NCBI GenBank assembly: GCA_043228905.1
Contig: JBHGNT010000007.1
Span: 6,696,001 to 6,760,000, forward strand
From: Azolla caroliniana
Taxonomy: Eukaryota; Plantae; Polypodiophyta
Length of the DNA: 64,000 nt
Direction of reading: 5' to 3'
Part shown: positions 40,439 through 52,663 of the stretch, piece after piece
How the letters are laid out: each line of letters opens with the position of its first letter
Position numbering within the stretch: the first letter of the stretch is position 1
Position numbers and translations under genes: made by a program
The notes under the pieces: generated by a model
Told to the model about the DNA's origin: nothing
What the model saw: only the letters and a program-made list of their open reading frames with translations
The model's database searches: none

Positions 40439-41949
40439 ATCAGCAGTATTTGACCCAAAGATTGTTCAAATATTTGAGTATAAAGTCAAATCCAATTATT
40501 TGATTTTTTTTAGCCCTTCAGTTTAAGCACATGCCCTATTTGTCAGCCAATCACATCCCATATCTGGGTCTATCCATACCACAGGGAAGATATCCTGATT
40601 TCGAAGCATTGGATTATACCAAAGTATAATCCCATCTGAAGGTCTGGATAAGAAATTTTAAACTAGTATGATTGAATTGTATGCAGTTTAACTTGAAGGT
40701 TTTCCCGATGACATCCAATGCTTAAAATACCATATATGATGAATACTTGATGATTGTGTTGGTGTTAATATCTTGGTTGAGTGAGGAATTGTCAATGACT
40801 TAATTTTAATGAAACAATCGAATCCAAACAGATGTGCACATGATGTAATTAATTATTATCAATAACTTACTAATTATTATTACCAAGTACCACATGTTTT
40901 ATCTATTATCAATAACTTAAAAAGCACTTCTATCTTTATTGTAATTTTTTGGCTGAAAAACTGGGCAGCGAATAGTTTGGGTTTTCTCTATTGTATATCT
41001 TTATCAATAACAAACTCTTGGGGTAGGGTCAGAGGTGTTGGATGTTGATGGGGGGAGTCAGAGATCTTGCATTTGGTTTGTGGTTGTTTGTGAAGAACTC
41101 CTTAAATTTTCCAATGAGCTAGATGGAGCTAATGTACTTGATGAAGAGGGAAAAGGTGATGTTCCACTTAAACTAACTTAAGCGGGCATGAACCACAAGT
41201 CAAGCATGGTTTCAAAATCTCGTGTGTAGGATGTAGGGAGGATGTTGACACGGGTTCACAGACCAACGAGTTGCTGCCTGGTTGGTCCTTTATTTAAGTT
41301 GAACATTAGTCCCCATGATGGATGGTTATGTGTCGGGGGTAACGAATGGATAGAGGTAACTATAGAGGTGGGGAAGGCATGAAGTGAGGCGACGATGAAT
41401 GAGGGGAGTAAGAATGTTTGTCAGGGGTGCATTGGAGTAAAAGGGGGTGGGGTGGAGTGAGTCTGGCGAGGTTCTGGCTTGGTTGTGGTGGGTGGGTGGG
41501 TGGGTGGGGGCTATGGGGACATAGTGAGGGATGGTGGGTGTATGTACAAATGTATGTGTTGTGTTAACTAACGAAGCTTGTCCACTGAAGCCTGGATCCG
41601 AGTTCATTGTATGAGGGCCTTCAAGCTAGGCTTTGTGTACCCATCTACTGCGTGTTTTACACAATATCGTTGTTGGGTCTCTTCTCGTTTCTTCATTAGG
41701 TGCGGTTGTGTGGCAATCCTTAGATCATGTCTACAACACGGAAGTGGGTATCCATTGTTGTCTAGGTATTGTAGTGTGGAAAATAGATTTGTCGGGTGGA
41801 GTGAGGCATCACTATCTTTGTGTTGTTGGGGTTGGATTTCGCCATCGTGTGTACTTTTGTTTTCTCAACCTATCTTTTTGATTGGGGATGTTTCATTGGT
41901 TTGTTGGTTGACAAGGGAAGAACTTGTGTTTTGGGCCTAGCTTCTTGCT

Positions 41950-42300
41950 TAGGGGAGAATAGTTGGTCAATTGGGTTCCATTTGCTCCCTCATTGAGTGA
42001 AGTTTGTTAAGAAATCCTTGATGATGTAATCAAAATCAGTCACAATGTCTTTGGGGAGGGTACAGAACCATATGTCAACTTGGTCATTGAGTGTGAGGCC
42101 AAATGTTGCCACCTTTGTGACTTTAGTGATTGGTTCATATGCTTGACTTATTTGCTTGAAACACTCAACATGACCATACGCATCCCCAAATCCGAGGAAA
42201 TGAGGGACCAACTTTGAAATTGTGGTGTTTTTCCTACAATCGTTCGTCGGGTGTCTCTGGCCCATGGTTGTGTGCCTCTCTCTTTCCATCAACGAGACTA
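41950..42300 (-). mobile_element. Decayed Ty3/gypsy gag remnant
   Basis: PHFLGFGDAYGHVECFKQI...TFGLTLNDQVDIWFCTLPKDIVTDFDYIIKDFLTNF resembles the Retrotrans_gag domain. The remnant probably extends to about 41.1 kb. Confidence 0.65.
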
Positions 42301-42915
42301 CAGTTCGCATTGATTGTTTGGTACTTACCAATTCGATAAAAGTTTTCTTACAATCATTCAAAACCCACAACAACATGGAAGTCTTTCTAGGGTTTTCAAT
42401 GTGATTGCTTCTGCCCTTAAGTCTTCTTGCAATAAATGAGAACACGTTGCATGGGTGAGGAATTGAGGTGCATGTATTCAATGTGAAAATTCTTGTCGTT
42501 ACCTCTTGACTTTCTGTAACAAATGGGAGCCCATGACATGGCCGTGGGTTATGTTCAAGGTGTTCGGGGGGCGTGATTTTTCAGCCCCAGTTTGCGTGTG
42601 GAGCGACAGGAAACCCTATTGGGTCAAATTTGACTCCTGTTTTAACGAGCTTCGTGTGTGTGTGCGTGTCACGTGTGTTTTCTTCCGGTTCGGCTTCCCT
42701 TGGAGCCTCTCACACATAACAACAAAAACACTCCTCCTTCTTCTTCTTCTTCTTCTTCTTCTTCTTCTTCATGGAAGAATTGATTTGTATCGAAACGTTT
42801 TATGAATTTACATATTTAGCCCCCCTTCTTCTTCTTCTTCTTCTTCTTCTTCTTCATTCTGAAGAAGAAAGGAAGAAAGAAAAGCAGAAGAGAGGAAAAG
42901 TCGGAGGCGCGCGTG

Positions 42916-43605
42916 ATGATGGCTTCTTCTTCTTCTTCTTCTTCTGCATCCTCATTATGGCGAGCCCTCATTTGTCGATGTAAACGCTCTTCTTTCAACA
43001 TTCCATTTCTCAGGAGTTCTCAAGCATCCCAGGATCAGAAGAAAGACGTTCTTCTCCTTCGGCAGAGTTCTGTTTACCATGGAGAAGGAAATCAACAAGA
43101 AGAAGAAAATGTTCACTATCTATGGAAATCTTCTCCCTCTTCATCATCAATATCAGAATCTAGAGACCGGTTAATTTCTGCAACAGAAAAGTCGGAAGAC
43201 GGGTTTTTAGAGCATAGATTTGGGTCGAAATTAGGGTTTGGAGGTTCTTCTCTTGCCCTAGAGTCTTCTTTACACGATTTTTTGAATAAGAATCGTGTGG
43301 GAGTTTTCAAGTTGGGGTTTCCTAACCACGAAATCTTTCCATTATCTGACAATAAATTGGATAGATTTGGGTCAAATTTAGGGTTCAGAGCCTCATCACT
43401 TAATTTTGAGACTTCCCTACATGATTTCTTGAACACGATCCATGTTGGAAGCTCCAAGTTGAAAAGGTTTGTGTATATGCCGGGTGTGCTCGGATCAGAT
43501 GACATCTCAATGGAGGCTGATAGTGTGAAACGGAAAAGGAAGAAGAAGATGAACAAACATAAGCATCGGAAACTTCGTCGCTTGGCTCGAAAGTCGAAGA
43601 AATGA
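42916..43605 (+). CDS. Mitochondrial small-subunit ribosomal protein mS38 (COX24/AURKAIP1, DUF1713 family), intronless, about 229 aa
   Basis: C-terminal signature MEADSVKRKRKKKMNKHKHRKLRR, a Ser/Arg-rich presequence-like N-terminus, a telo-box AAACCCTA at about 42611 and (CTT)n tracts in the leader. Confidence 0.85.
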   Translation: MMASSSSSSSASSLWRALICRCKRSSFNIPFLRSSQASQDQKKDVLLLRQSSVYHGEGNQQEEENVHYLWKSSPSSSSISESRDRLISATEKSEDGFLEHRFGSKLGFGGSSLALESSLHDFLNKNRVGVFKLGFPNHEIFPLSDNKLDRFGSNLGFRASSLNFETSLHDFLNTIHVGSSKLKRFVYMPGVLGSDDISMEADSVKRKRKKKMNKHKHRKLRRLARKSKK

Positions 43606-44949
43606 GAAAGAGTTTAACCTTTCTCTCTGTAGAATTTTTTTTGCTGCTAAAAAAAGGGTATTCCAGCATGAGTTTTATCTCAGTTTGGAGCACAGATAAA
43701 AGAAGCATTGTATTGGCTTTTGAAAGAAAATATCAGGTTAGAGCTCTAAATTTCCTTCTTCAATCAGCAATGTTTTGATTTAGAGATTAACTTCTTTTAG
43801 TTAGCAAAACTTGGCATTTTTATTGGATACCGAACTGGTTTTCACGTGAATGTGCACGGCTTTTACGATTGATCTTTAATAAGTTCATATCTTAATCCTA
43901 TTCAATAGTTAACTTTATGATTTATAAATGGTTCGTTTTTTTTTATAGAAGTAGCTATTTGTATTAATTCTTAAGTGGGTATTTTATCATGTTCAATGGC
44001 AATCTTGATGACCTAGAAATAAACTTTTGTTTTCAAATTTTTGCTTTGTTTGGGATAGTCAAACAATGATTTTACACGATTCCTTTCATTGCCTTTATTC
44101 ATACATATTGTTTTCATCCATAAGAATCTTCTGTAGCATTTCAAATCTCTTTGTTTTTGGCATTACAATGGATTGAAGAGAGTATTCTATATGCATTGCC
44201 TTAATTCATAAGCTGGTATATTTTCATCCGCATTTTGCTATGTTCTTTGTTTTCCATATTATAATGCAGTTTATGAGATACCTTCAAGTGATTATGTTGA
44301 TTAGGTTATTATAGAGACTCTTTGTATGCACTCTCCATGTTTTTCATATTATAATTGACCGAAGAGAAGAGCTTGGATCAAGATGTCTTATAATGTAAGT
44401 TAACTTCAGGGTGGACACAGGAAGCAAAATGGTTTTGTCACTTGTGCTACTAGAATCTGGCTGCATTTAGATATGCCCACTTTGCTTTCTGCATTATACT
44501 AAAAGATGCAAAGTTTATGAAACAAAAGGATTCTGCAAATCTATGGTGATAAGAGTCTTTGTACACTCTTTTGTTTCCAAATCTCTCTATTCAAATGGAC
44601 TGAAGAAAACGTTTTCACAATGCCTTCAATTGTTTTTCAAGGCTGAATATATATAAAGCAAAAGGATTCTATAAATGAGTGATAATGGGTTGGTTAGGAA
44701 CTGGGGGAACTTTGTGAGCGTGTAAGAGGAATGATGAGCGCATAACAGGAATGATGAGAAATTTCTCTCCACCACTAAATATATTATGTACGTAATTGTT
44801 TCAAGAGTCTTATAATGTAGGGTAAAATATAAGCTGAAAAGTTTGTGCTGTAGCACATATCTTTAGCCTCTGATTTATGTTGGTATAAATTTTGCTTTAT
44901 TTCCTATGTTATGCATTGATATATCTTCACTAAACCTAAACCCATAAAA

Positions 44950-45830
44950 AAGTAATAGAGCATCATTTGAGAAACATTTGCAAGGTTGTAGAGGGAGCCA
45001 AGAGATGTTGTTCAATCACATAGGATGGAATCCACACCCTTAACACTATCAATCACACTTTAGAATTAATCACTATTAACATCAACTTATTATGATCAGA
45101 GTATGAACACAAGGTGCCATTGGACAATCAAATCTCAACTACTCTCTATTTGGTTTATACATTGATAAAGAGTTTGGAATGCAAGAAGGCATTGAAGAAG
45201 TTATAATTGGAATGTAGTTATGTGCACACAATGTAGCGCTTTTAGCAAATACTTGAGAAGATGTCCAAAAACTAATGAGTGTGTTGGTGAACTTTTGCAT
45301 GCATGGTGAGTAGTATCTACTATCAATGGTGCGAAAATGAAGAGTACTCTTGTGAAGATTCAACTCAAGGACAAGCCGTGTAGTCTATGCAATAATGTGT
45401 AGTCTATGGAATAATGGGCCACTTGAAAAGATAGAAAACGTGAAATACGTTGGGCTTGAGGCGCCGGTCATAGAGAGAATGAATGTGTTACTTGTTTCTT
45501 TGGAAGTGTGAAAAAGGGCTTACTATGCATTTTAGAACATTTATAACCAAGGAGAAATTAGTGTTGGCTACTCAAGGGAAAATACTCTTCAACACTTTTG
45601 TGAAATTACTGCTTTATGTGATTGAAAAATAAGGTGAAAACATCCCCAAGACAATTTAGAAAGAGTTTGAAAATATTCTAAAGGGTTTTTCTTTGAAATT
45701 TCTTCAAATCAAGATAGGTTTCTCTATGAGTGAGGCTTTTAGCATAGGTGAGAAGACTCATCATCTATGTATATTTTGCTATCAACAAGTTTGTGAGTTT
45801 GAGTAACACCTTAATACAATGCTCTGTCTT
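44950..45830 (+). mobile_element. Decayed RTE-like LINE RT fragment
   Basis: Degenerate QG.P(L)...TLFGLYID, EDVQKLMSVLVNFC, KYVGLE and LFNTF..LLLY segments, colinear with the LINE at 32.9-34.1 kb. Confidence 0.6.
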
Positions 45831-46753
45831 TGGCATTTTAGAACATTTATAACCAAGGAGAAATTAGTGTTGGCTACTCAAGGGAAAATACTCTTCAACA
45901 CTTTTGTGACATTACTGCTTTATGTGATTGAAAAATAAGGTGAAAACATCCCCAAGACAATTTAGAAAGAGTTTGAAAATATTCTGAAGGGTTTTTCTTT
46001 GAAATTTCTTCAAATCAAGATAGGTTTCTCTATGAGTGAGGCTTTTAGCATAGGTGAGAAGACTCATCATCTATGTATATTTTGCTATCAACAAGTTTGT
46101 GAGTTTGAGTAACACCTTAATACAATGCTTTGTCTTTGGCATTTTAGAACATTTATAACCAAGGAGAAATTAGTGTTGGCTACTCAAGGGAAAATACTCT
46201 TCAACACTTTTGTGACATTACTGCTTTATGTGATTGAAAAATAAGGTGAAAACATCCCCAAGACAATTTAGAAAGAGTTTGAAAATATTCTAAAGGGTTT
46301 TTCTTTGAAATTTCTTCAAATCAAGATAGGTTTCTCTATGAGTGAGGCTTTTAGCATAGGTGAGAAGACTCATCATCTATGTATATTTTGCTATCAACAA
46401 GTTTGTGAGTTTGAGTAACTCCTTAATACAATGCTCTGTCTTTGGCATTTTAGAACATTTATAACCAAGGAGAAATTAGTGTTGGCTACTCAAGGGAAAA
46501 TACTCTTCAACACTTTTGTGACATTACTGCTTTATGTGATTGAAAAATAAGGTGAAAACATCCCCAAGACAATTTAGAAAAAGTTTGAAAATATTCTAAA
46601 GGGTTTTTCTTTGAAATTTCTTCAAATCAAGATAGGTTTCTCTATGAGTGAGGCTTTTAGCATAGGTGAGAAGACTCATCATCTATGTATATTTTGCTAT
46701 CAACAAGTTTGTGAGTTTGAGTAACACCTTAATACAATGCTCTGTCTTTGGCA
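45527..46753. repeat. Tandem array, 4 x 306 bp, near-identical units
   Basis: The unit start GCATTTTAGAACATTTATAACCAAGGAG recurs at 45527, 45833, 46139 and 46445. Only a handful of single-base differences separate the units. Confidence 0.96.
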
Positions 46754-47757
46754 CATAAAGATGACCTTGGTACCCTACTATAATTGTAGCACCATGAGAG
46801 ATACTTGTCTTTGATCTATATTGCAATGTTGGAGACTCTTGTAGGTTATCTACTATGTATTGTCTTACTTAACTATTCTAATGTTTACCTTCTTATTGGT
46901 TTGTTGCTAAGGGATCAAATAGTTTTTACCTTAATGTTGATGAGACAATTGTCAAACATATTTGAGCGTGATTACCTCACTTTAGTTAACTATCAACTTA
47001 CCATCCTCTTTAACTCTCTTAATTAATACAAAGTGGAGGAACTTACACAAGACTTAAGTCAAGCTTGTTACGTAAGTAACACTAAATAGGAATAATTATG
47101 AAATAAAAAAGAAGCAAACACCACCATACATTAACATTTGACTATGCTTAACTCAATACACTTGTTAGCACTAAAGTAGCATCATATTGATAACAATTGG
47201 CCATCTTAATGCCGATTGGACACATCAATTGATTTTGAATCTCCCACCGTTACCACCCCACCATTGGAATTCCTTTGGCATACTACTTCACACCTCACCA
47301 CCCCTTATTGTGTCCCCCTCCCCCTCCCCCTCCCCCTCCTCCACGAACACCTCAACCATCATTTCTCAATTGCATCACCTTTCACCTCCCTGCCGAGATT
47401 TCGACATTGTCCACCACATTATGATTGCATTGTGAGGCATGCACATTCTCAACACTATCCTCTTCTAAAGCGCTCCTTCCCAATCACCCTTTAGCGTACC
47501 TCATGCTTCACCACAAGTTTCCAATTTTGGTCACACAAGTTTATTCCCCTACAACAACCATTTACAAACAATTTAACACTAGTTTTTATGTAGAATTTGT
47601 GAACTATCATTAGCTCAAACACGTTCTCCATGATGAAATCAACTTGATCGAGTGGGCTTAGAAGCTGACCAATTGGCTTGATGACCAAATCATGCTCGTG
47701 ATCCCTTGGCATTTTGACTTCTCTAACATGCCCCTCCACCTTACTTGGTTCAATGGT

Positions 47758-49520
47758 GTTTTTTTCTTTTAATAAAGAGTCATTTTGGTATTAATGGAAA
47801 GATGCCCAAAGGCTACAAAGAACTCATTTAGTAAAATATAACCCTCATACCCACATCAACCAACATGTTGAGTAGCAAAAGGCCTTATTCATGGTCCTTC
47901 CAAGATGGAGTGTGGGAAAAACCAACTTGGTGGAGAATATCTCCACTTTATTCTCATCCCAAAAGAGGTGAAGACCTTTGCCTTTTTCCCAATTTCTCAA
48001 AAATGTTGTTACTTACGAAACACAACCTTAGGCTTACCAATTACTGTCTCATATCGACCTCATAGAGTATGTAGGAGCATCAATCATATGTCCTTGTCTA
48101 ACGCAACAACATTCTGTTTGACTTTCTAAAATACACATTTACATCTTGCCTTCCACAATACCCAAACTACTAAGGAAAATGTCATAGAGCAAACATTATC
48201 CTCTTCCAAACAACAGATTGTTGAAGGATAAGAGACCTCCAATGCATGTCTTCCATCGAAGAGGAGGAAAAAATCAATATACTCCTTTTAATAATTCTTT
48301 ATTTCTTTAGCCAACCTTCCCCATCTCACAAAACCCCACGTGTACACATGTTTGCCATAGATAGGATACAAAATTCTCAACATCCTTTTCCAAACTGCTC
48401 TAGCAATAGGACATACCCATAAAACATGGTGAACCAATTCAATAGGGAAACCACAACTATCACATTTTAAATCATGGCAATGCCCCAACATCCATGAGTT
48501 CATAGGAATGCATTAATGTACCAACAACCATCTAAACAATACAACTGTTTTAGGAATTTGCATGGCCCATAGTCATTTCCAATAAGCATCCAACCAAGAG
48601 TCTTGTACATTACCAAATCTCCAAAATTTACAAGTTGTTGACATAACAATCACACCCCTCCTTAGCAATTTTCTACCCATTTTTACCAAGTACTGAAAAA
48701 ATGAGATTTTCTTACCTAACATTCCTTGCGCAGATATGGTTTGCCATTTCCGCTCACCGGGATTCCACAAAAGGTGATCAATGGGCTTATTCTCATTGGA
48801 CCACAATTCAGATAAACTTTTTTTATCATTTGGATGTGGATTCAACATCTATTTTTTATTGTTCTTCCTCAATATATGAATAGGCAACATACTACCTTGA
48901 GTTACAACTTTGTCTTCCATAAAGAGAGAATGAAGCCGTCCAGAGGAAAAACATCGAAATAAAGACATTTATGAGAGTTTTTATAACCCATGACCCCCAA
49001 CAAGACATGTAAGGATGAAAACATATCATACCAAAATAGACTAATTTGAGAAGGCTGAAAAGATGACATCTTAAACACACTATCCATTTTTGCATACATA
49101 ATGTTCCCGACCCGAATTATATAACAACAAGATGTAGACATGATCTACCACTATGACCCTCAAGTCCAAGGGTTGGTTCCATGATGTGCCAAATCTGCTC
49201 ACCAAACCCATTAGCTCCCAACAACCTTGGTGTCACCATGTGTTTGATGATTTGCACATTTGTCACCACTTTTGGTAGTGGTCCATGAGCCACCCATCAA
49301 GCATATAAACAAACTTGTTTTCTTTCTCCCACTATATTGGTTGTGGCTAGATTACCTTACAACTAGGCGGATGTGGCCAGCTTTCCCCTGTAATTGTTGT
49401 AATAAACCCACCCAAGTTGCAATGCTCCAGGTTATGAAGAACTTCATAAAAAAATACATTGCAATTTCATCTATTGATGCTACTACAGTTTTTCCTCACC
49501 TCACCTCCATTTGAGCATCT
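47758..49520 (-). mobile_element. Decayed L1-like LINE 3' portion with zf-RVT zinc finger and A-rich tail
   Basis: Minus-strand CDSCGFPIELVHHVLWVCPIARAVWK (CxxC...H.LW.C zf-RVT pattern), Trp-rich flanks, and an A-rich 3' end ATTAAAAGAAAAAAA near 47758-47773. Confidence 0.75.
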
Positions 49521-50231
49521 ACTATTATGACCACCCTAGTTGGGACCTTGCTTTTGACCTCAATGAATCCCCAACTAGGTTCCAAATGGTTAATCTTCGA
49601 ATGCAAAAAAACATCCATCAACGAGACTTCAAAACTGTGGCCAATACATGGGTTTTCTTACCATACTCTAGTTACAAATGCAACCCACCATGTTCATTTG
49701 TCATATCCTCAATCAATGGTTCAAATGGGTAACATGAAGGAATCACCACATTCATGCAAGACATCTAGTTGCCCCACCTCAAAATTCAACGCCTCCAACG
49801 CTTGCAATCTCCCTACTCACCCGTTTTTACCCCTCCAAATAATTTTCAATCTTCCCCTCCCATCAACAATGCCATCCACCCCATCCCCACCTTTAATAAT
49901 ATCCACCTCTTGCCTAGCCCCCACTCTTCCCCTTTGACTTTCCTTGACTTAGCTAACAAGGGATTGCCTAGTGGCATCTAACAAGGTGTTCCCCAGAGTG
50001 TGCATTCATTAGGTTGGGTGTGTTCTTAATTATTATTGTACGTTTCATTGCCCACCAATGATATCAACATTAATACCAAGGAGTACACAATGTATGGTTA
50101 ATCCTTATTTCGAATCTACATAAGCATAACCTTCATTTTGGAGCTATTTGTCAGGAACAATACTAAGACAAAGAGGGAATTAGTACTAAAAGATGCAAAT
50201 TAGTACTAAGAGAGAGAAAAAGGTGTAGAAC

Positions 50232-50279
<48 letters not shown>

Positions 50280-50281
50280 AG

Positions 50282-50353
50282 ATGGATGTAGCTCAGTTGG
50301 TAAGGTTGCCCAATGGAGACCAGGTGGTCATGGGTTCAACCCCTACATTCCAC
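50282..50353 (+). pseudogene. tRNA-derived sequence (pseudo-tRNA or SINE head)
   Basis: A-box TAGCTCAGTTGG and B-box GGTTCAACCCC at tRNA-like spacing, over about 72 nt. The anticodon and D stems do not pair well. A (GA)n tract precedes it. Confidence 0.6.
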
Positions 50354-52663
50354 TGTGTAGTGGCATTTAGTGAAATAGAGATATATATGAAGAGAAAACG
50401 ATTACTTGCGGAAGCGTTAGAAAACAGAGAAAGCAGAGAATACACAAAGTACACGGGAGAGACAGAGAGAGCAGAACTTAAAAGTTATATTCAAAACAAT
50501 ATAAACACTCCGTATTTACAAATGTGCTCAGTAGCACTATTTATACAAGTCCTCGTGGGACTGATAGAAGTACCGCGTACTTCAATGCTCACACGAGCAT
50601 TTGACACTTACTACGAGACTATAACTGCCTAGTAGTCTAAACTAATACTAGGCTTCCGGTTACCGATTGGATCCGGCTAACCGGCTCCCCAACTCACTAG
50701 CTCAGTTGCTTGCCGGCTCAGTTGCTCACCGACTTACCAATCCATCTCGCTCACCGGCTCAGGCTTATCCAGCTAATCCGGCTCCAGTTGAGCTTGCCGC
50801 TCAACACTCCCCCTCAAGCTCAACTTGAGGTTGGATCCTAGTGTCAGCCTCTGTGGCAATCGGTTCTTCCAACCGACTTCTCCTGGCGTCGCTCTGCCTT
50901 GCTCGCGCTCCTCGTCCGGTCCGGTTCTGTTTGCCGCGACCCTTCTTGTTCTGCGCACCTCGACCTCCTCAATCGGCTTGTTTGCTCAATAGGCCCAATT
51001 CAGTTCCCTTGCTGCTGTGACTTCGGTGCGTTCCGGTTCGCCGATTCCTTCGTGTTGGCGTCGACTTTCGTTGCCTTCTCGTCCTCTTGGCCTTGAATTG
51101 ATCCGATTCTTTTGAATCAGTCTATTGAACCGAATCCACTGTCTCCGATTTGTTCCAGCTCTTGTCCGAATCGGTTGCTCCCGATTCGTCTTCTGGTTCC
51201 AAGCCCTTCACTACATCGGACCATGTCCGGGTCTTGACCTTCTTCCTTCGGTCGGCTCTGTCCTTCTTGATTCTGCCGCCGCTGCCGCTTGTTCCAACTT
51301 GTTCGGACGTGTCGACTTCCCTTGTCGACTCGGCTCCTTTCTTCTTCTTGACTCTCCCTTCGTCGGTTCTTCCCTCATCGGCGCAATCGGCAGTCTCTTT
51401 GCCTTTGCCCGTTCTGGTGTCTTTGCCCGTTCTCCCCCTCAAGTGTGGCACATCGAGATGCTGAACACCAAGCATTTCGGTGAAGTGTTGCAACTTGTCC
51501 GATCCGAGTGGTTTGGTGAAGATGTCGGCAACTTGCCGATCCGTGTGAACATACCGAAGTTCGACCTCACCACTCAGCACACACTCATGCACGAAGTGAT
51601 AGTGCACTTCTATGTGTTTTGTGCGAGCAAGGAATATGGGGTTCTTGGCGAGTTGCATGCTGCTTATGTTGTCGCAGTAGACCAGAATCGGGGTCGGTAC
51701 CTCGATTTGTAGGTCTTGCAGCAGTCGCCGAAGCCAAATGGCTTCACAGGTGGCAATGGTAGCGCCCCGATACTTAGCCTTATTGCTCGACAGAGCAACT
51801 GTTGGCTGCTTTTTGCTGCTCCACGCAACAACCGCGCTACCTAAGGAAAACATGTAACCGGAGGTTGATCGACGATCTGATGCATCGTCGGCCCAGTCGG
51901 CATCTGTGTAACTGACCAGCTCTTCGGGTATACCGCGCTGGTATAACATGCCCCGGTCCTTCGTGCCGCTTACATATCGCAGTATCTGCTACGTGCACTG
52001 AAGGTGCTCCACAGTCGGTTTCTGCACGAACTGACTTATCATTCCGACCGGATAGCTGATGTCGGGCGCATGATAGTCAAGTAAATAAGGCTTCCGACAA
52101 TTTGTCAGAACTGTTTGTCGTTGCAGGCTGGTCCGGAGTTGGGACGAAGCTTCTGCTTCCGGTCCAAGGGTGTGGAGACAGGTCGACATTCTGTCATGCC
52201 GAATTTGTACAACATATTCAAGACGTAATGTCGTTGTGAGACCAATATGTTGTGGGGGGTTCGGATCACCTCGATCCCAAGAAAATAATGAAGGTCCCCC
52301 AGGTCCTTCATCTCAAATGCGTCCGACAACTGGGACTTGACGCGGTTAACTTCTGGAAGACTCGGTCCAGTGATGACTAAATCATCAACATATAGTAGGA
52401 TACATACCAGATCGGCTGAGCCTTGCCGGATGAACAACGAAGAGTCGGACTTGGAGGCCGCAAACCCCATCTTACGCAACTGGTGTGTGATCTTCGCATT
52501 CCAAGCTCGAGGGGCTTGCTTCAGGCCGTACACCGACTTCTTCAGCCGGCATACCACCGACTTGTTCGTCTCTGATTGAAAACCGAGGGGCGGAGTCATA
52601 AAGACTTCTTCTTCAAGATCACCCTAAAGAAACACATTCTTCACATCCATCTGGTGAAGATGC

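Noticed and set aside
15653-43605. Functional gene cluster (DprA-like, GH3, HO-like, mS38)
   Set aside because: The products belong to unrelated pathways and compartments, and nothing in the sequence suggests co-regulation. This looks like an ordinary gene neighbourhood.
45527-46753. Possible CRISPR-like or coding repeat array
   Set aside because: The units are contiguous 306-bp copies with no unique spacers, contain stops, and derive from a LINE remnant in a eukaryotic context.
50282-50353. Functional tRNA gene
   Set aside because: The A and B boxes are present, but the D, anticodon and acceptor stems pair poorly and no isotype can be assigned. Kept only as tRNA-derived.
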